Source: Methylococcaceae bacterium
GTDB taxonomy: Bacteria > Patescibacteriota > Microgenomatia > UBA1400 > PJMF01
Direction of reading: 5' to 3'
Length of the DNA stretch: 64,000 nt
Assembly (NCBI GenBank): GCA_044370175.1
Contig: JBILVZ010000001.1
Location: 43,579-107,578, forward strand
Below the pieces are notes generated by a model. That model was not told where the DNA came from. It did not search any database and was given only the letters and a program-made list of their open reading frames with translations. Of this stretch, positions 28,106 to 37,719 are shown piece after piece (within the stretch, counting starts at the first letter, position 1; the number at the start of each line of letters is the position of its first letter). A program made the position numbers and the translations under genes.

Positions 28106-28789
28106 TTATGTAGAGAATCTCTCTCGGAAAATAGTATGCAGTGCTGAAAACCCATCTTTCCAACTAATTTTTTTACCCTCACTAAAGTCGCGACCAAAGT
28201 AACTAATGGGTACTTCATAAATTTTTATACCCTTTTTTAAAATTTTGCAGGTAATTTCAGGCTCAATCTCAAAGTTATTAGATTGCAGATCAAGCTCGCG
28301 TAAAAGTTTGGTGGGAAGCACCTTGTAACAAGTCTCCATGTCTGAGAGAGTGGTATTGTACAGAACATTAATCACAAAGTTAAGAAAATGATTGCCTACC
28401 ATGTGCCAAAAAAGTAAATTTAGGTGTGGCCCTAAGAAGCGAGATCCATACACTACCGAAACTTTTCCTTTAGTAATTGGCTCTAATAAAACAGAGATAT
28501 CTTCTGGGTCGTATTCCAGATCGGCATCCTGAATCAAAACATAATTGCCTGATACATTCTCTAAACCAAAACGAATAGCGCTTCCTTTACCACCATTTTC
28601 TTTATAAAAATACTTAATCTTTGCGTTTTTTATAGCGTTCACAACCTGCTGTGTTGCATCTTGTGAGCCATCATCTACTACAAGTACTTCAGTTACTGCT
28701 GGTACTTTGAGTAGTCTTCGTAGTGTAGTACCTACTGTTTTTTCTTCATTGTAAACTGGCATTATGACAGAAAGCTGCATCTGAGACAT
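28106..28789 (-). CDS. GT2 polyprenol-phosphate sugar synthase (DPM1-like glycosyltransferase)
   Basis: 227 aa. ..SVIMPVYNEE..VLVVDDGSQDAT..LIQDADLEYDP.. (DxD motif). Immediately upstream of, and co-oriented with, the GT39 gene. Confidence 0.7.
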   Translation of the reverse strand: MSQMQLSVIMPVYNEEKTVGTTLRRLLKVPAVTEVLVVDDGSQDATQQVVNAIKNAKIKYFYKENGGKGSAIRFGLENVSGNYVLIQDADLEYDPEDISVLLEPITKGKVSVVYGSRFLGPHLNLLFWHMVGNHFLNFVINVLYNTTLSDMETCYKVLPTKLLRELDLQSNNFEIEPEITCKILKKGIKIYEVPISYFGRDFSEGKKISWKDGFSALHTIFRERFST

Positions 28790-28842
28790 GTATATATCAT
28801 ACCAATTTTTTTATCCATTTGCAGGGGCAAGGTTATACAAAT

Positions 28843-28876
28843 AGGGGCACTGTGTGTTATGACACACAGTGCCCCT
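28843..28876 (-). terminator. strong stem-loop downstream of dnaK (likely terminator or processing site)
   Basis: Perfect 14-bp inverted repeat AGGGGCACTGTGTG-ttatga-CACACAGTGCCCCT between the dnaK stop and the GT2 start. On the minus strand it is followed by ATTTGTAT. Confidence 0.5.
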
Positions 28877-28911
28877 GTACTTTGCAAAGTATTCAGATAC
28901 TCTGAGAGCTT

Positions 28912-30858
28912 TTACTCTTTTACTACTTCACCTTCTTCAGCGCTTCCTTTGTCATCACTTTTTTTAGCATCTGATTTACTACCTTCAGCTGAGCTTGCAC
29001 TTCCTGCAGCTGGATCTGTTCCTGCTGCACTTGGTTGAGCACCACTCTTTTGCATTGCTTCACCAATTTTTTGTGCAGACTTAAACATCTCCTCAGTAGC
29101 TTTATCAAGATCTTCTTTGGTAGCACCGTCTTGTGCTGCCAGCTCTTTGAGTTTTTTTACATTCTCTTCGATCTCAGATTTATCTTTAGGATCGAGCTTG
29201 TCACCATAGTCCTTGAGCTGCTTTTCGATCTCAAAAGCAACACTGTTGGCATGATTGCGAGCCTCAATCAGCTCCCGTTTCTTTTTATCTTCATCTGCGT
29301 ATTTTTCAGCATCTGCTTTCATCTTTTCCACTTCCTCGTCAGAGAGATTGGTAGAATTTTGAATAGAAATTTTCTGCTCTTTGCCAGTGTTTTTTTCCTT
29401 TGCAGTAACGTGCAAAATACCATTTGAGTCGATATCAAACGTCACCTCTACTTGTGGCACTCCACGGGGAGCTGGAGGAATACCATCGAGCACAAAACGT
29501 CCTAAAGAACGATTGTCTGCCGCCATCTCACGTTCACCTTGGAGGACATTAATTTCCACTTGTGTTTGGTTGTCAGCAGCTGTTGAGAAGACCTGCGATT
29601 TACTGGTTGGAATAGTCGTGTTGCGCTCGATAAGGGCAGTTCGTACACCTCCCAGTGTTTCAAGTCCTAGTGTCAGTGGTGTGACATCAAGCAAGACTAC
29701 GTCTTTAACATCACCACCAATTACTCCTGCTTGTACAGCAGCACCTAGTGCCACTACTTCATCTGGATTTACCCCTTTATGTGGTTCTTTACCAAAGAAT
29801 TTTTTAACTTCTTCAATCACTTTGGGCATGCGCGTCATACCACCCACGAGCACTACATCAGCAATGTCTTTTGGTTGGAGTTTGGCATCTTTGAGTGCTT
29901 TTTGCACTGGCTCAAACGAGCGTTTGATCAAGCCATCAACTAGTTCTTCTAGTTTGGCACGAGTCAGACTCATTGTGAGATGGAGTGGTCCCTCATCACC
30001 TTGCGTGATAAACGGTTGGTTGATCTCCGATGTTTGTGCGCTGGAGAGCTCAATTTTTGCTTTTTCTGCAGCGTCTTTAATGCGTTGGAGCGCCTGAGGG
30101 TCTTTGGAGAGATCTTTGCCTGTTTCTTTCTTGAACTCCGCCAAGATCCACTCGATGATTGCATTATCAAAGTCATCACCACCTAAAAATGTATCTCCAT
30201 TGGTAGCTTTTACTTCAAAAACACCATCACCAATTTCTAAAATTGAGATATCAAAAGTACCACCTCCCAAGTCATAGACTGCGATGGTGCTGTTACCTTT
30301 TTTGTCTAAGCCATACGCTAAGGCTGCCGCAGTAGGTTCATTGACAATACGCTCGACTGTCAGACCAGCAATCTCACCAGCCTGTTTGGTTGCTTGGCGT
30401 TGTGAGTCATCAAAGTATGCTGGCACGGTGATCACTGCACGGGTGACGGTTCCCCCCAAGTAGCTCTCTGCATCTTGTTTAGCTTTAGTTAGAATCTGTG
30501 CAGAAATTTCCTGTGGAGTATATTTTTTACCATCAATATCTACCACAGCCATACCATCTTTGCCTTCAGCGACAGTATAGGCAACGTGTTTCACCGCTGC
30601 TTTAACTGCTTGATCAGCAAACTTACGTCCCATAAAACGCTTGACAGAGTTGACGGTTTTCTTTGGATTCAAGATCATTTGACGTTTAGCAGGATCACCA
30701 ACGATGATCTCTTCACCCTTAAAAGCAACAATTGATGGGTAGGTGTTGCGTCCTTCTCGTGTTGGAATAATTTTGGCGCTACCACCCTCCATAACCGCGA
30801 TCGCGGAGTTGGTGGTGCCAAGATCTATACCAATGATTTTTCCTGTTGCATCTGCCAT
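28912..30858 (-). CDS. dnaK: molecular chaperone DnaK (Hsp70)
   Basis: 648 aa. ..[28 protein letters not shown].. and a C-terminal EEVD-like acidic tail. Confidence 0.95.
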   Translation of the reverse strand: MADATGKIIGIDLGTTNSAIAVMEGGSAKIIPTREGRNTYPSIVAFKGEEIIVGDPAKRQMILNPKKTVNSVKRFMGRKFADQAVKAAVKHVAYTVAEGKDGMAVVDIDGKKYTPQEISAQILTKAKQDAESYLGGTVTRAVITVPAYFDDSQRQATKQAGEIAGLTVERIVNEPTAAALAYGLDKKGNSTIAVYDLGGGTFDISILEIGDGVFEVKATNGDTFLGGDDFDNAIIEWILAEFKKETGKDLSKDPQALQRIKDAAEKAKIELSSAQTSEINQPFITQGDEGPLHLTMSLTRAKLEELVDGLIKRSFEPVQKALKDAKLQPKDIADVVLVGGMTRMPKVIEEVKKFFGKEPHKGVNPDEVVALGAAVQAGVIGGDVKDVVLLDVTPLTLGLETLGGVRTALIERNTTIPTSKSQVFSTAADNQTQVEINVLQGEREMAADNRSLGRFVLDGIPPAPRGVPQVEVTFDIDSNGILHVTAKEKNTGKEQKISIQNSTNLSDEEVEKMKADAEKYADEDKKKRELIEARNHANSVAFEIEKQLKDYGDKLDPKDKSEIEENVKKLKELAAQDGATKEDLDKATEEMFKSAQKIGEAMQKSGAQPSAAGTDPAAGSASSAEGSKSDAKKSDDKGSAEEGEVVKE

Positions 30859-30916
30859 AGTTCTCCTTTTATCTACTAATGATTTTTAAATTTCTAAGCT
30901 CTAAATATACACAAAC

Positions 30917-30943
30917 TTAGCAGTTAAGTCAATACACTGCTAG
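30917..30943. promoter_or_regulatory. CIRCE-like HrcA operator upstream of dnaK
   Basis: TTAGCAGTT-AAGTCAATA-CACTGCTAG. Inverted repeat with a 9-nt spacer, resembling the CIRCE consensus TTAGCACTC-N9-GAGTGCTAA. Located 59-85 nt upstream of the dnaK start. Confidence 0.5.
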
Positions 30944-30947
30944 CAAC

Positions 30948-31613
30948 CTATGTATCACTAAAATTACCTAAAAGATCTCGTTCGAGTTCTTCGAAAAATT
31001 GAGTATCTATCCGCTGTACTATTGACTCATCAAGACTAATCACACCTTGTTCAGCAAGCTCTGCTAGAGCAGCATCAAGTTCTGCCATAGTCATTGCAAA
31101 TGGTGTAACATCATGAGCGCCTTCACTTGCGCTAGCTATATAGTCCAGTATTTGTTGCTTTTCCATCTGGGGTAATGAAAGTAGCATCACAGCAGCTAAA
31201 ACATGTTGCTGGTGGACGCTAAATCTCTCGGCTAACCAGGGAAATACTTGCTGGCTTGATTTGAAGTCCTCATGGATAGTTTGTGGCGTTTTCCCAGCTC
31301 TGACTACTCCATCAAGAAATGTAAAAAATGCGGTGTTACGATATATCTGGCCATTATTTAGAGAGATAACTCCGATTGCTGATGAAGCAAGTTTTTTCAA
31401 AATCTCCTCAATTTGTTCTCTTGAAAAAACTTCAATCTCAGATTCATAATTCAAAATTTCATACACATAGTCAATATCTTCGGAGTGTGAGTCGCCTACC
31501 AGAAGTGCGTACAACACTTTAATTTCATCTCGGCTCATATCTGCGAAGAGTTTTTGAAAGTCTATATTCTCTTCTTCAGGACTTGGATACTTAATATTTT
31601 CTGGAGGTTGCAT
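30948..31613 (-). CDS. hypothetical protein inserted between grpE and dnaK
   Basis: 221-aa acidic ORF co-oriented inside the hrcA-grpE-dnaK cluster. No motif recognised. Confidence 0.45.
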   Translation of the reverse strand: MQPPENIKYPSPEEENIDFQKLFADMSRDEIKVLYALLVGDSHSEDIDYVYEILNYESEIEVFSREQIEEILKKLASSAIGVISLNNGQIYRNTAFFTFLDGVVRAGKTPQTIHEDFKSSQQVFPWLAERFSVHQQHVLAAVMLLSLPQMEKQQILDYIASASEGAHDVTPFAMTMAELDAALAELAEQGVISLDESIVQRIDTQFFEELERDLLGNFSDT

Positions 31614-31634
31614 ACAAAGTTTCCTTCTAAAACT

Positions 31635-32144
31635 CTATTTCTTGCCAATTACTACTTTTGCGTGCTGGATTATTGCACCGTTGATCGAGTAGCCGCGCTT
31701 CACAATTTTAACCACAGCACCATCTGATTCCGTTGCACCATCCACCAAATCAACCACTTCCATCTCTAAAACATCATACGGCTTTCCCAAAACTTTGAGC
31801 TCTTGCAAACCATGATCTTCAAGAACACTCCATAACTTTTGTAAGACCATATCCAGAATTGGATTTTTAAGTTGCTCCGCAGTCATGCTCAAATGTTCGA
31901 GTGGTTCAAGCATGTCTTCAACTAATGCCTTGGTGGCAAATTTAGTTACGTGGGCTTTTTCTTCTCGTGAACGACGTTGGAGGTTTTGGTAGTCAGCTTG
32001 GGCACGCAATGCACTATCTTTGGCTTGGGCGATTTGCGCTTCAAGTTCTGCAATTTTATCGCTCAGCTGCGCAACTGCAGAATCTAGTTGTAGATCATCA
32101 TTTTGTGTTGGGGAAGTTTTTTTAGGTTCGTTCATACCGCTCAC
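31635..32144 (-). CDS. grpE: nucleotide exchange factor GrpE
   Basis: 169 aa. Coiled-coil N-terminus and a GrpE core (..DYQNLQRRSREEK..DMLEPLEHL..). Confidence 0.85.
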   Translation of the reverse strand: MSGMNEPKKTSPTQNDDLQLDSAVAQLSDKIAELEAQIAQAKDSALRAQADYQNLQRRSREEKAHVTKFATKALVEDMLEPLEHLSMTAEQLKNPILDMVLQKLWSVLEDHGLQELKVLGKPYDVLEMEVVDLVDGATESDGAVVKIVKRGYSINGAIIQHAKVVIGKK

Positions 32145-32194
32145 TACTTTCTATTTTTACAGTTGGGCAAGTTACTACAATTTTTGGTGAGGAA

Positions 32195-32929
32195 TTACTC
32201 GACCATCTCTTTAACGAGTGAGCGAATATACTTCATCATCGGAATAATATACGCATAGTCGAATCTGCTTGAGCCAAGCACACCAATCTGGCAGTGACAA
32301 CCCTTGACCATAAAACTCATGTGGATCAAACCAATCGGCTCCAGATTTTTATTACCCAGTTCTGTGCCGTAAATCACATGCACTTGATTATCACTACTTG
32401 ATTGGGCAAAGATTTCTTGCATCACCTTGACTTCTTCGATCATGCTCAAGACCTGGCGCATGACGTTGATATCATAAAACTCAGGCATGTTGAGTAAGTT
32501 GGCGTGACCTGAGCTAATGATTCGTTTATCATTAAAGACAGTTAAGCCTAAGGCTTTTGATCTATCCGCTAAAACTTTAGTTAGTTCACTCAATAAGTCA
32601 TCAATTTCATTTTTTGTATGCCAAATTTTTTCTTTGGCAGATACTTCATCGGCAACTGTCAGCTCTTTCTCTTTCATGAGCTCATTAACATAGAGTTTGA
32701 GTGCAATCGGGGTTGGGACACGACCAGCACTACTGTGTGTTTTATTGAGATAGCCTTGTTTAGTAAGCTGCACCATCTCATTTCTGATGGTGGCAGGTGA
32801 AACACCAATATTGTATTTACGATCAATCGTATCAGAACCTACTGGCTCAGCAGTCTCGATGAACTCCTGAATAATAGCCCGTAGTATCTGAATTTGTCGC
32901 GCAGATAGGTCAATCATAGGTTGTAACAA
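32195..32929 (-). CDS. hrcA: heat-inducible transcription repressor HrcA (short form)
   Basis: 244 aa. N-terminal winged HTH ..LSARQIQILRAIIQEFIETAEPVGSDTI..ATIRNEMVQLTKQGYL.. Operon position upstream of grpE. Confidence 0.75.
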   Translation of the reverse strand: MLQPMIDLSARQIQILRAIIQEFIETAEPVGSDTIDRKYNIGVSPATIRNEMVQLTKQGYLNKTHSSAGRVPTPIALKLYVNELMKEKELTVADEVSAKEKIWHTKNEIDDLLSELTKVLADRSKALGLTVFNDKRIISSGHANLLNMPEFYDINVMRQVLSMIEEVKVMQEIFAQSSSDNQVHVIYGTELGNKNLEPIGLIHMSFMVKGCHCQIGVLGSSRFDYAYIIPMMKYIRSLVKEMVE

Positions 32930-32965
32930 TTAGTACGTACGTTCTACAGCAAAAAATGCTGCTCT

Positions 32966-32992
32966 TTAGCAATAATATAGCGCCTTTGCTAA
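32966..32992. promoter_or_regulatory. CIRCE-like inverted repeat upstream of hrcA
   Basis: TTAGCAATA-ATATAGCGC-CTTTGCTAA. Half sites TTAGCAA/TTGCTAA with a 9-nt core spacer, 37-63 nt upstream of the hrcA start, in the divergent intergenic region. Confidence 0.5.
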
Positions 32993-33033
32993 ATTGTCAA
33001 ATTTGGAAAACTGTGTCACTATGGTAGATACTT

Positions 33034-34449
33034 ATGTTTCGTCATACCCAGTATCGCAGTTCAGCTCGGTCAATCATTTGGAAAAGTATTGGTTTAGTAG
33101 TCGTCAGTGCAGCCTTGCTCGGAGGTATTTTTGGGATCAATACGGTTCGTGAGTACATTTCTCGTGCAAACTCTGAACCAGCAAATATAACTATAGATAC
33201 TAAAGTAGTAATCGGCCCACTACCTCGACCTTGGCGATACCTGGCGCAAGGCGGTGAAGAAGCGGACTGGCGAATTCAGCCAATCAATAAACAAGTCAAA
33301 GCACTCAACCCAGCCTACATTCGCATCGACCATATCTACGACTTCTACGATATAGTCAAAGGCACTTCTGGTAATTTAAGTTTTGATTTCTCTAAGTTTG
33401 ATGTAATTTTGAATGACATTGCTGCTACTGGGGCAAAACCCTATATTGCACTCTCCTATATGCCACCCGCCATTAGTAGCGGTGATATTGTGGCAGCTCC
33501 GCAAAACTATGCAGACTGGCAGGTAGTGGTGCAACGCACCATTGAACACGTCAGTGGTACACGAGGAATCAGTGATGTTTACTATGAAGTCTGGAATGAG
33601 CCCGATTTATTTGGCGGATGGAAAACCTACGGCAGCAAAAACTACCTCCAGCTCTACGGTGCAGCTGCACGCGGGGCACAAAGTGCTCGAGTTTCCCAAC
33701 CCTTTAAGATTGGTGGTCCGGCCATAACAGCCCTCTATAAAAATTGGTTTGATGCACTCCTCACCTATGCATCAGAAAATAACCTGCGACTCGACTTCTT
33801 TTCCTGGCATCGCTACTCTAATGATCTTGATCAGTTCCGCAAAGATATGTTTGAAGTTCAGAGTTGGATTGCCAAGTATCCCCAGTATCAACCCACTCTA
33901 GAATTTCACGTCAGTGAGTGGGGGCATGATAGTAAAAATCATCCCGGCTACGATTCAAGTTTTGGAGCTGCTCACACCGTCGCAGGTGCTATCGAGATGA
34001 TTGGGGTTGTTGACAAAGCATTTGTGTTTGAGATACAAGATGGCAAAGATCCTGCTGGGCAAGCATTTTGGGGACGCTGGGGTATGTTGACACATCGTGA
34101 CTTTGGATCTCAACAGAAACCAAGATATAAGGGGATGTTACTCCTAGAAGATCTAGGTTATGAGCGACTGCAGTTACTGGGGAAAGGGACCTACGTCAAA
34201 GCAGTAGCCGCACGTAAAAGTCAGACTCTCTTTCAGGTTCTATTGGCCAATTATGACCCAAGAGCACAAAATATTGAGACTGTCCCTGTCACCTTTCAAA
34301 ATGTTGAGCCAGGTACCTACAGAGTCACCAAAACATACATCAGTAGAGCTAAAGAAGTATCAACTGTAGCAACTACTGAGTTAGGTTTACAGATAACAGT
34401 CCCGCTCAATGTATCTGAGGTCGCACTTGTAGCGGTAGAAAAACTGTAA
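33034..34449 (+). CDS. membrane-anchored glycoside hydrolase, clan GH-A ((beta/alpha)8, GH39/GH5-like)
   Basis: 471 aa. N-terminal TM helix, then a TIM-barrel-like domain with the ..YYEVWNEPDL.. catalytic acid/base NEP motif and a later ..HVSEWGHD.. candidate nucleophile region. Confidence 0.55.
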   Translation: MFRHTQYRSSARSIIWKSIGLVVVSAALLGGIFGINTVREYISRANSEPANITIDTKVVIGPLPRPWRYLAQGGEEADWRIQPINKQVKALNPAYIRIDHIYDFYDIVKGTSGNLSFDFSKFDVILNDIAATGAKPYIALSYMPPAISSGDIVAAPQNYADWQVVVQRTIEHVSGTRGISDVYYEVWNEPDLFGGWKTYGSKNYLQLYGAAARGAQSARVSQPFKIGGPAITALYKNWFDALLTYASENNLRLDFFSWHRYSNDLDQFRKDMFEVQSWIAKYPQYQPTLEFHVSEWGHDSKNHPGYDSSFGAAHTVAGAIEMIGVVDKAFVFEIQDGKDPAGQAFWGRWGMLTHRDFGSQQKPRYKGMLLLEDLGYERLQLLGKGTYVKAVAARKSQTLFQVLLANYDPRAQNIETVPVTFQNVEPGTYRVTKTYISRAKEVSTVATTELGLQITVPLNVSEVALVAVEKL

Positions 34450-34458
34450 CCGCGAGCG

Positions 34459-34908
34459 TTAGTTAGCTTTACTAGCAAGCCCCGATGCGATAGTTGTATG
34501 TTTAGCACAAACACAGAGCTGCTCAACAGTTTGTGTAGTACCCCTTGCCTGTTCTGAAGGTGTCTTGATCGTCAGTGTATAGATTTTCTTGTCCCAGCCG
34601 ATAACCGCTTCCCCACAAAGTTGACAGTGAATCGCTACGGTCATCTGTTCAATTGGACAACCTGGTGGCACTAACATACCCCAGTGGGTTTTGTGAAAGC
34701 GCCAACCAGTTGTAAACAATGCTTCTACTGTCTGGATGCTCGTGAAATCTGGGGTCACTAGAGCTTTTTCTGTGACATATGAGTGTATACGTGCTTCAAG
34801 CTTTTCTCGGCTCAAAAGTACCGCTTGCGAAAATAAAGGTACTTCACGAGCCAACATCGTCCAAAAACCTGGAAATGTACAGATGTCTTCAGCTCGTTCC
34901 ACCATCAT
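34459..34908 (-). CDS. hypothetical Cys-rich protein
   Basis: 149 aa with a Cys cluster ..PPGCPIEQ..HCQLCGE..CVCAKH.. suggesting metal binding. No family recognised. Confidence 0.4.
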   Translation of the reverse strand: MMVERAEDICTFPGFWTMLAREVPLFSQAVLLSREKLEARIHSYVTEKALVTPDFTSIQTVEALFTTGWRFHKTHWGMLVPPGCPIEQMTVAIHCQLCGEAVIGWDKKIYTLTIKTPSEQARGTTQTVEQLCVCAKHTTIASGLASKAN

Positions 34909-34920
34909 ATGGTTTACTAT

Positions 34921-36012
34921 CTACCGATACACGCTGTCGATAAACGTCTTTATTTTCTTTTTAAACTGCTTCTTTTCGAATTGTAACGCATGGTGCTGAA
35001 TCTGAGCAATATTAAATTTTTGCCTACTAAAGACTTGTAGTGCTTCCCACAGACCCGCTTCATCTAACTGGTCAAACAACACACCAGTTTTTCCCTGTAC
35101 CACAGTTTCTTGAGGACCACCTGAGTTGTGAGCAATCACTGGCACTCCATGTCCCATTGCCTCAACAGGTACGATCCCGAAATCTTCATCTTCCACTGGA
35201 TACAGCAGTGCTTGCGCTCCCTCATACAATGTATGGAGCGTTTCATCCGAAACCGCTCCCATAAACTGTACCGTTGGACCTGCTTCTGCCTCGAGAGCTT
35301 GGCGTAGTTTGCCATCGCCAACTACTCGAAGTGGCAAGCCGTGCTCGGTGCAGACACGCACTGCCAATTCAGGATGTTTTGCAAAAGCAAGGCGATTGAC
35401 GTAGAGATAGTACGTTTTCTCTCTATCTTTTTTACTTTGTTGAGGAATATCGACTGGTGGATAAATAATTTCTGCGCTACGACGGTAAAACTTTTGAATA
35501 CGAGCGGCTGTTTCTGCTGAGTTGGCAATAAAATAGTCAACTTGTTGCGAAACCTTGAAGTCAACTACACGTAGATAATGATTTATGAGTGCACCAGCTA
35601 CCCGCAGCAGTGGATTTTGCTTCCAATCACTCATGGTGGCATAGCCATATAAAGCACGTGGCGGGGTGTGACAGTAGCAAATATGTGTACCATTTGGAAC
35701 CTGAACTGCCTTGGCGTAGTAGGCATTAGAAGATGAAATCACGATATCATACTCTGAAAGATCCAGTGTTTGAAACGCACGTGGGGCAAGAACTCGGTAC
35801 GGCGAGTACAGTTTTTTATAGAACGGCAGTTTGGTAAGCCAAGTTTCACGAATGTCCCAATCCTTGAATCGATCCCAGTGGATACCCAACGACTGGGCAT
35901 CTACAAATGCAGTGTAGACCGGGGCATCAGGGTAGAGCTCATGGAGCGCTTCCAGAACACGCTCAGCACCACCATACTCAAGGAGATAATCATGAACTAA
36001 TGCAACTTTCAT
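34921..36012 (-). CDS. GT4-family glycosyltransferase
   Basis: 363 aa. C-terminal ..EDFGIVPVEAMGHGVPVIAHNSGGPQETV.. (EX7E-type GT-B retaining motif). Confidence 0.8.
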   Translation of the reverse strand: MKVALVHDYLLEYGGAERVLEALHELYPDAPVYTAFVDAQSLGIHWDRFKDWDIRETWLTKLPFYKKLYSPYRVLAPRAFQTLDLSEYDIVISSSNAYYAKAVQVPNGTHICYCHTPPRALYGYATMSDWKQNPLLRVAGALINHYLRVVDFKVSQQVDYFIANSAETAARIQKFYRRSAEIIYPPVDIPQQSKKDREKTYYLYVNRLAFAKHPELAVRVCTEHGLPLRVVGDGKLRQALEAEAGPTVQFMGAVSDETLHTLYEGAQALLYPVEDEDFGIVPVEAMGHGVPVIAHNSGGPQETVVQGKTGVLFDQLDEAGLWEALQVFSRQKFNIAQIQHHALQFEKKQFKKKIKTFIDSVYR

Positions 36013-36050
36013 CTCCCCCTATTGTACTGTACTTTTGAGTGCTACAGAAA

Positions 36051-37022
36051 TTAGAATAAGGCATCTTGTACACCTGACTCAAAGGTGTCATCAGGTAAGA
36101 GTGGGACAAGTGACTTAAAATCTAGTTCTTCAAAAAGTTTTACGGTTTGCTCCTTGTCATAATCCGAGACACGACATGGCTCCAACGTAAATTTTATAGG
36201 CACGATACGATCTATTTTGGCAAGTTTTTGACTTAAAAATGCGTTTTCTTTATCCTGTATGAGGTTTTGCAGGACAGCGCCTTTTATAACTGGATCTTTT
36301 TGGGTAGGATCAGCCTGGAGGTACGAAACTCGCTCATAGACGCTTGCCAGTGATCCAAACGTCGTGACCAAGGTAACAGCGGTCTTTGCGCCGATTCCTT
36401 TTACTCCAGGGATGTTATCTGAAGTATCGCCCATGAGTGCTTTGAGATCTACCACTTGGGTCGGGGTCACACCCATTTTTTCAACAACTTCTTGTGCTCC
36501 GTACTCAATATTGCCACCAAATTTATTACGTGCTGGAATCCAAACATGTGTTGTCTCATCGACCAACTGCAACAGATCTTTATCGCCAGTCACCACCAAG
36601 TTATGTACCTGACAACTACTCTCAAGCACCGACAGTCGAGTGACGGTACCAATCAAATCATCTGCTTCATACCCTTCCAACTCAAACTGCGGGATATTGA
36701 GCGCACTGACAACATCCTTCACTATTTGGATCTGGTGTTTGAGCTCTTCTGGCATTGGGGCGCGGTGAGCCTTATATGCTGTATACTCTTGAGCACGGAG
36801 CGTAGGTCCTTTGTGATCAAATGCAATCGCAATAAATTCTGGTTCATACTCAGAAATGGCTGTGAGTAAGATTCTAGTAAAACCATACACAGCATTAACC
36901 AATCGACCATCTGGAGCAGTTAGACCTGGAAACGCATGGTAGGCCCGGTAAATTAGACCGTGTCCATCAACGACCATAAATCGGGTAACTTTGCCAGTAG
37001 TGCTGTCGAGTTCTTCTTCCAT
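36051..37022 (-). CDS. stand-alone 5'-3' exonuclease (Pol I N-terminal / FEN-like nuclease domain)
   Basis: 323 aa. ..MVVDGHGLIYRAYHAF.., metal-binding acidic clusters, H3TH ..VTGDKDLLQLV..DNIPGVKGIGAKTA.. No polymerase domain. Confidence 0.8.
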   Translation of the reverse strand: MEEELDSTTGKVTRFMVVDGHGLIYRAYHAFPGLTAPDGRLVNAVYGFTRILLTAISEYEPEFIAIAFDHKGPTLRAQEYTAYKAHRAPMPEELKHQIQIVKDVVSALNIPQFELEGYEADDLIGTVTRLSVLESSCQVHNLVVTGDKDLLQLVDETTHVWIPARNKFGGNIEYGAQEVVEKMGVTPTQVVDLKALMGDTSDNIPGVKGIGAKTAVTLVTTFGSLASVYERVSYLQADPTQKDPVIKGAVLQNLIQDKENAFLSQKLAKIDRIVPIKFTLEPCRVSDYDKEQTVKLFEELDFKSLVPLLPDDTFESGVQDALF

Positions 37023-37077
37023 GAGTGTGAGTGTACCACAAGGAGGTGTGGATTGTCCCTTTTACAGCAGCATCTCA

Positions 37078-37719
37078 TTATGTAAATAAACTGCTAAAAA
37101 AATCTTGATCGGGTTTTGTCCAACCATGACGATCTTCTTTCTTATGTCTTTGCTTTTTTTTGTTTGCTTTTTGGAGTTCATTTTCATGCAGTTGTTGCTC
37201 AATTAAGTCAAGTCCATTATTTATATCTCTGTGCAGATCAAAGTACAATCGCTCTGGGTCAATAATGAGATCTTTTGAAAAAATTCCCATCTGCCAACTT
37301 ACTACTTTGACCATCAGTGCTGATGGGCTTTCATCTTGTTGCAATCCATCAGGGGTACCAATCATTTTATACAGATGCACTTTCTGTGTCTGAGGATTAA
37401 ATACAATCAAGTAGTCAGTATCTTTTGCAAATTTCCTCTTAAATTCGGGGAGATTCAGTTGCTCAAAGTTTTCTTGTGCTACTGTTTTAGTATTCAACAT
37501 CTGAGTAGCTAGAATTGAATGAACTAGCAACAACACTCTACCAATTCTATCTTTGGCGAGAAAGGTGATCATGAAGTCTGCAGATCTCAGTTCAGCTTGC
37601 AACAGGGCAATCATCACTGATGCAGATAGCGCAGCTTCTTGATTGCTGTTAACTTCTCCTTTGTTTTGGTTATCATCAGGAGTAACGCCACTTTCATTTG
37701 ATTCTGGATATCTTGACAT
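37078..37719 (-). CDS. hypothetical protein
   Basis: 213-aa ORF directly downstream of ftsH (stop/start share 37719). C-terminal lysine-rich tail. Confidence 0.4.
   Translation of the reverse strand: MSRYPESNESGVTPDDNQNKGEVNSNQEAALSASVMIALLQAELRSADFMITFLAKDRIGRVLLLVHSILATQMLNTKTVAQENFEQLNLPEFKRKFAKDTDYLIVFNPQTQKVHLYKMIGTPDGLQQDESPSALMVKVVSWQMGIFSKDLIIDPERLYFDLHRDINNGLDLIEQQLHENELQKANKKKQRHKKEDRHGWTKPDQDFFSSLFT

Noticed and set aside
29381-30097. 238-aa plus-strand ORF (and several 60-130 aa ORFs) antisense to dnaK. Similar antisense ORFs sit inside sufS, sufB, groEL, infB, the NUDIX gene (5586..6128) and pnp.
   Set aside because: Each overlaps a strongly supported, motif-rich gene on the opposite strand and has low-complexity Ser/Thr/Ala composition typical of antisense frames. 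They are treated as spurious.
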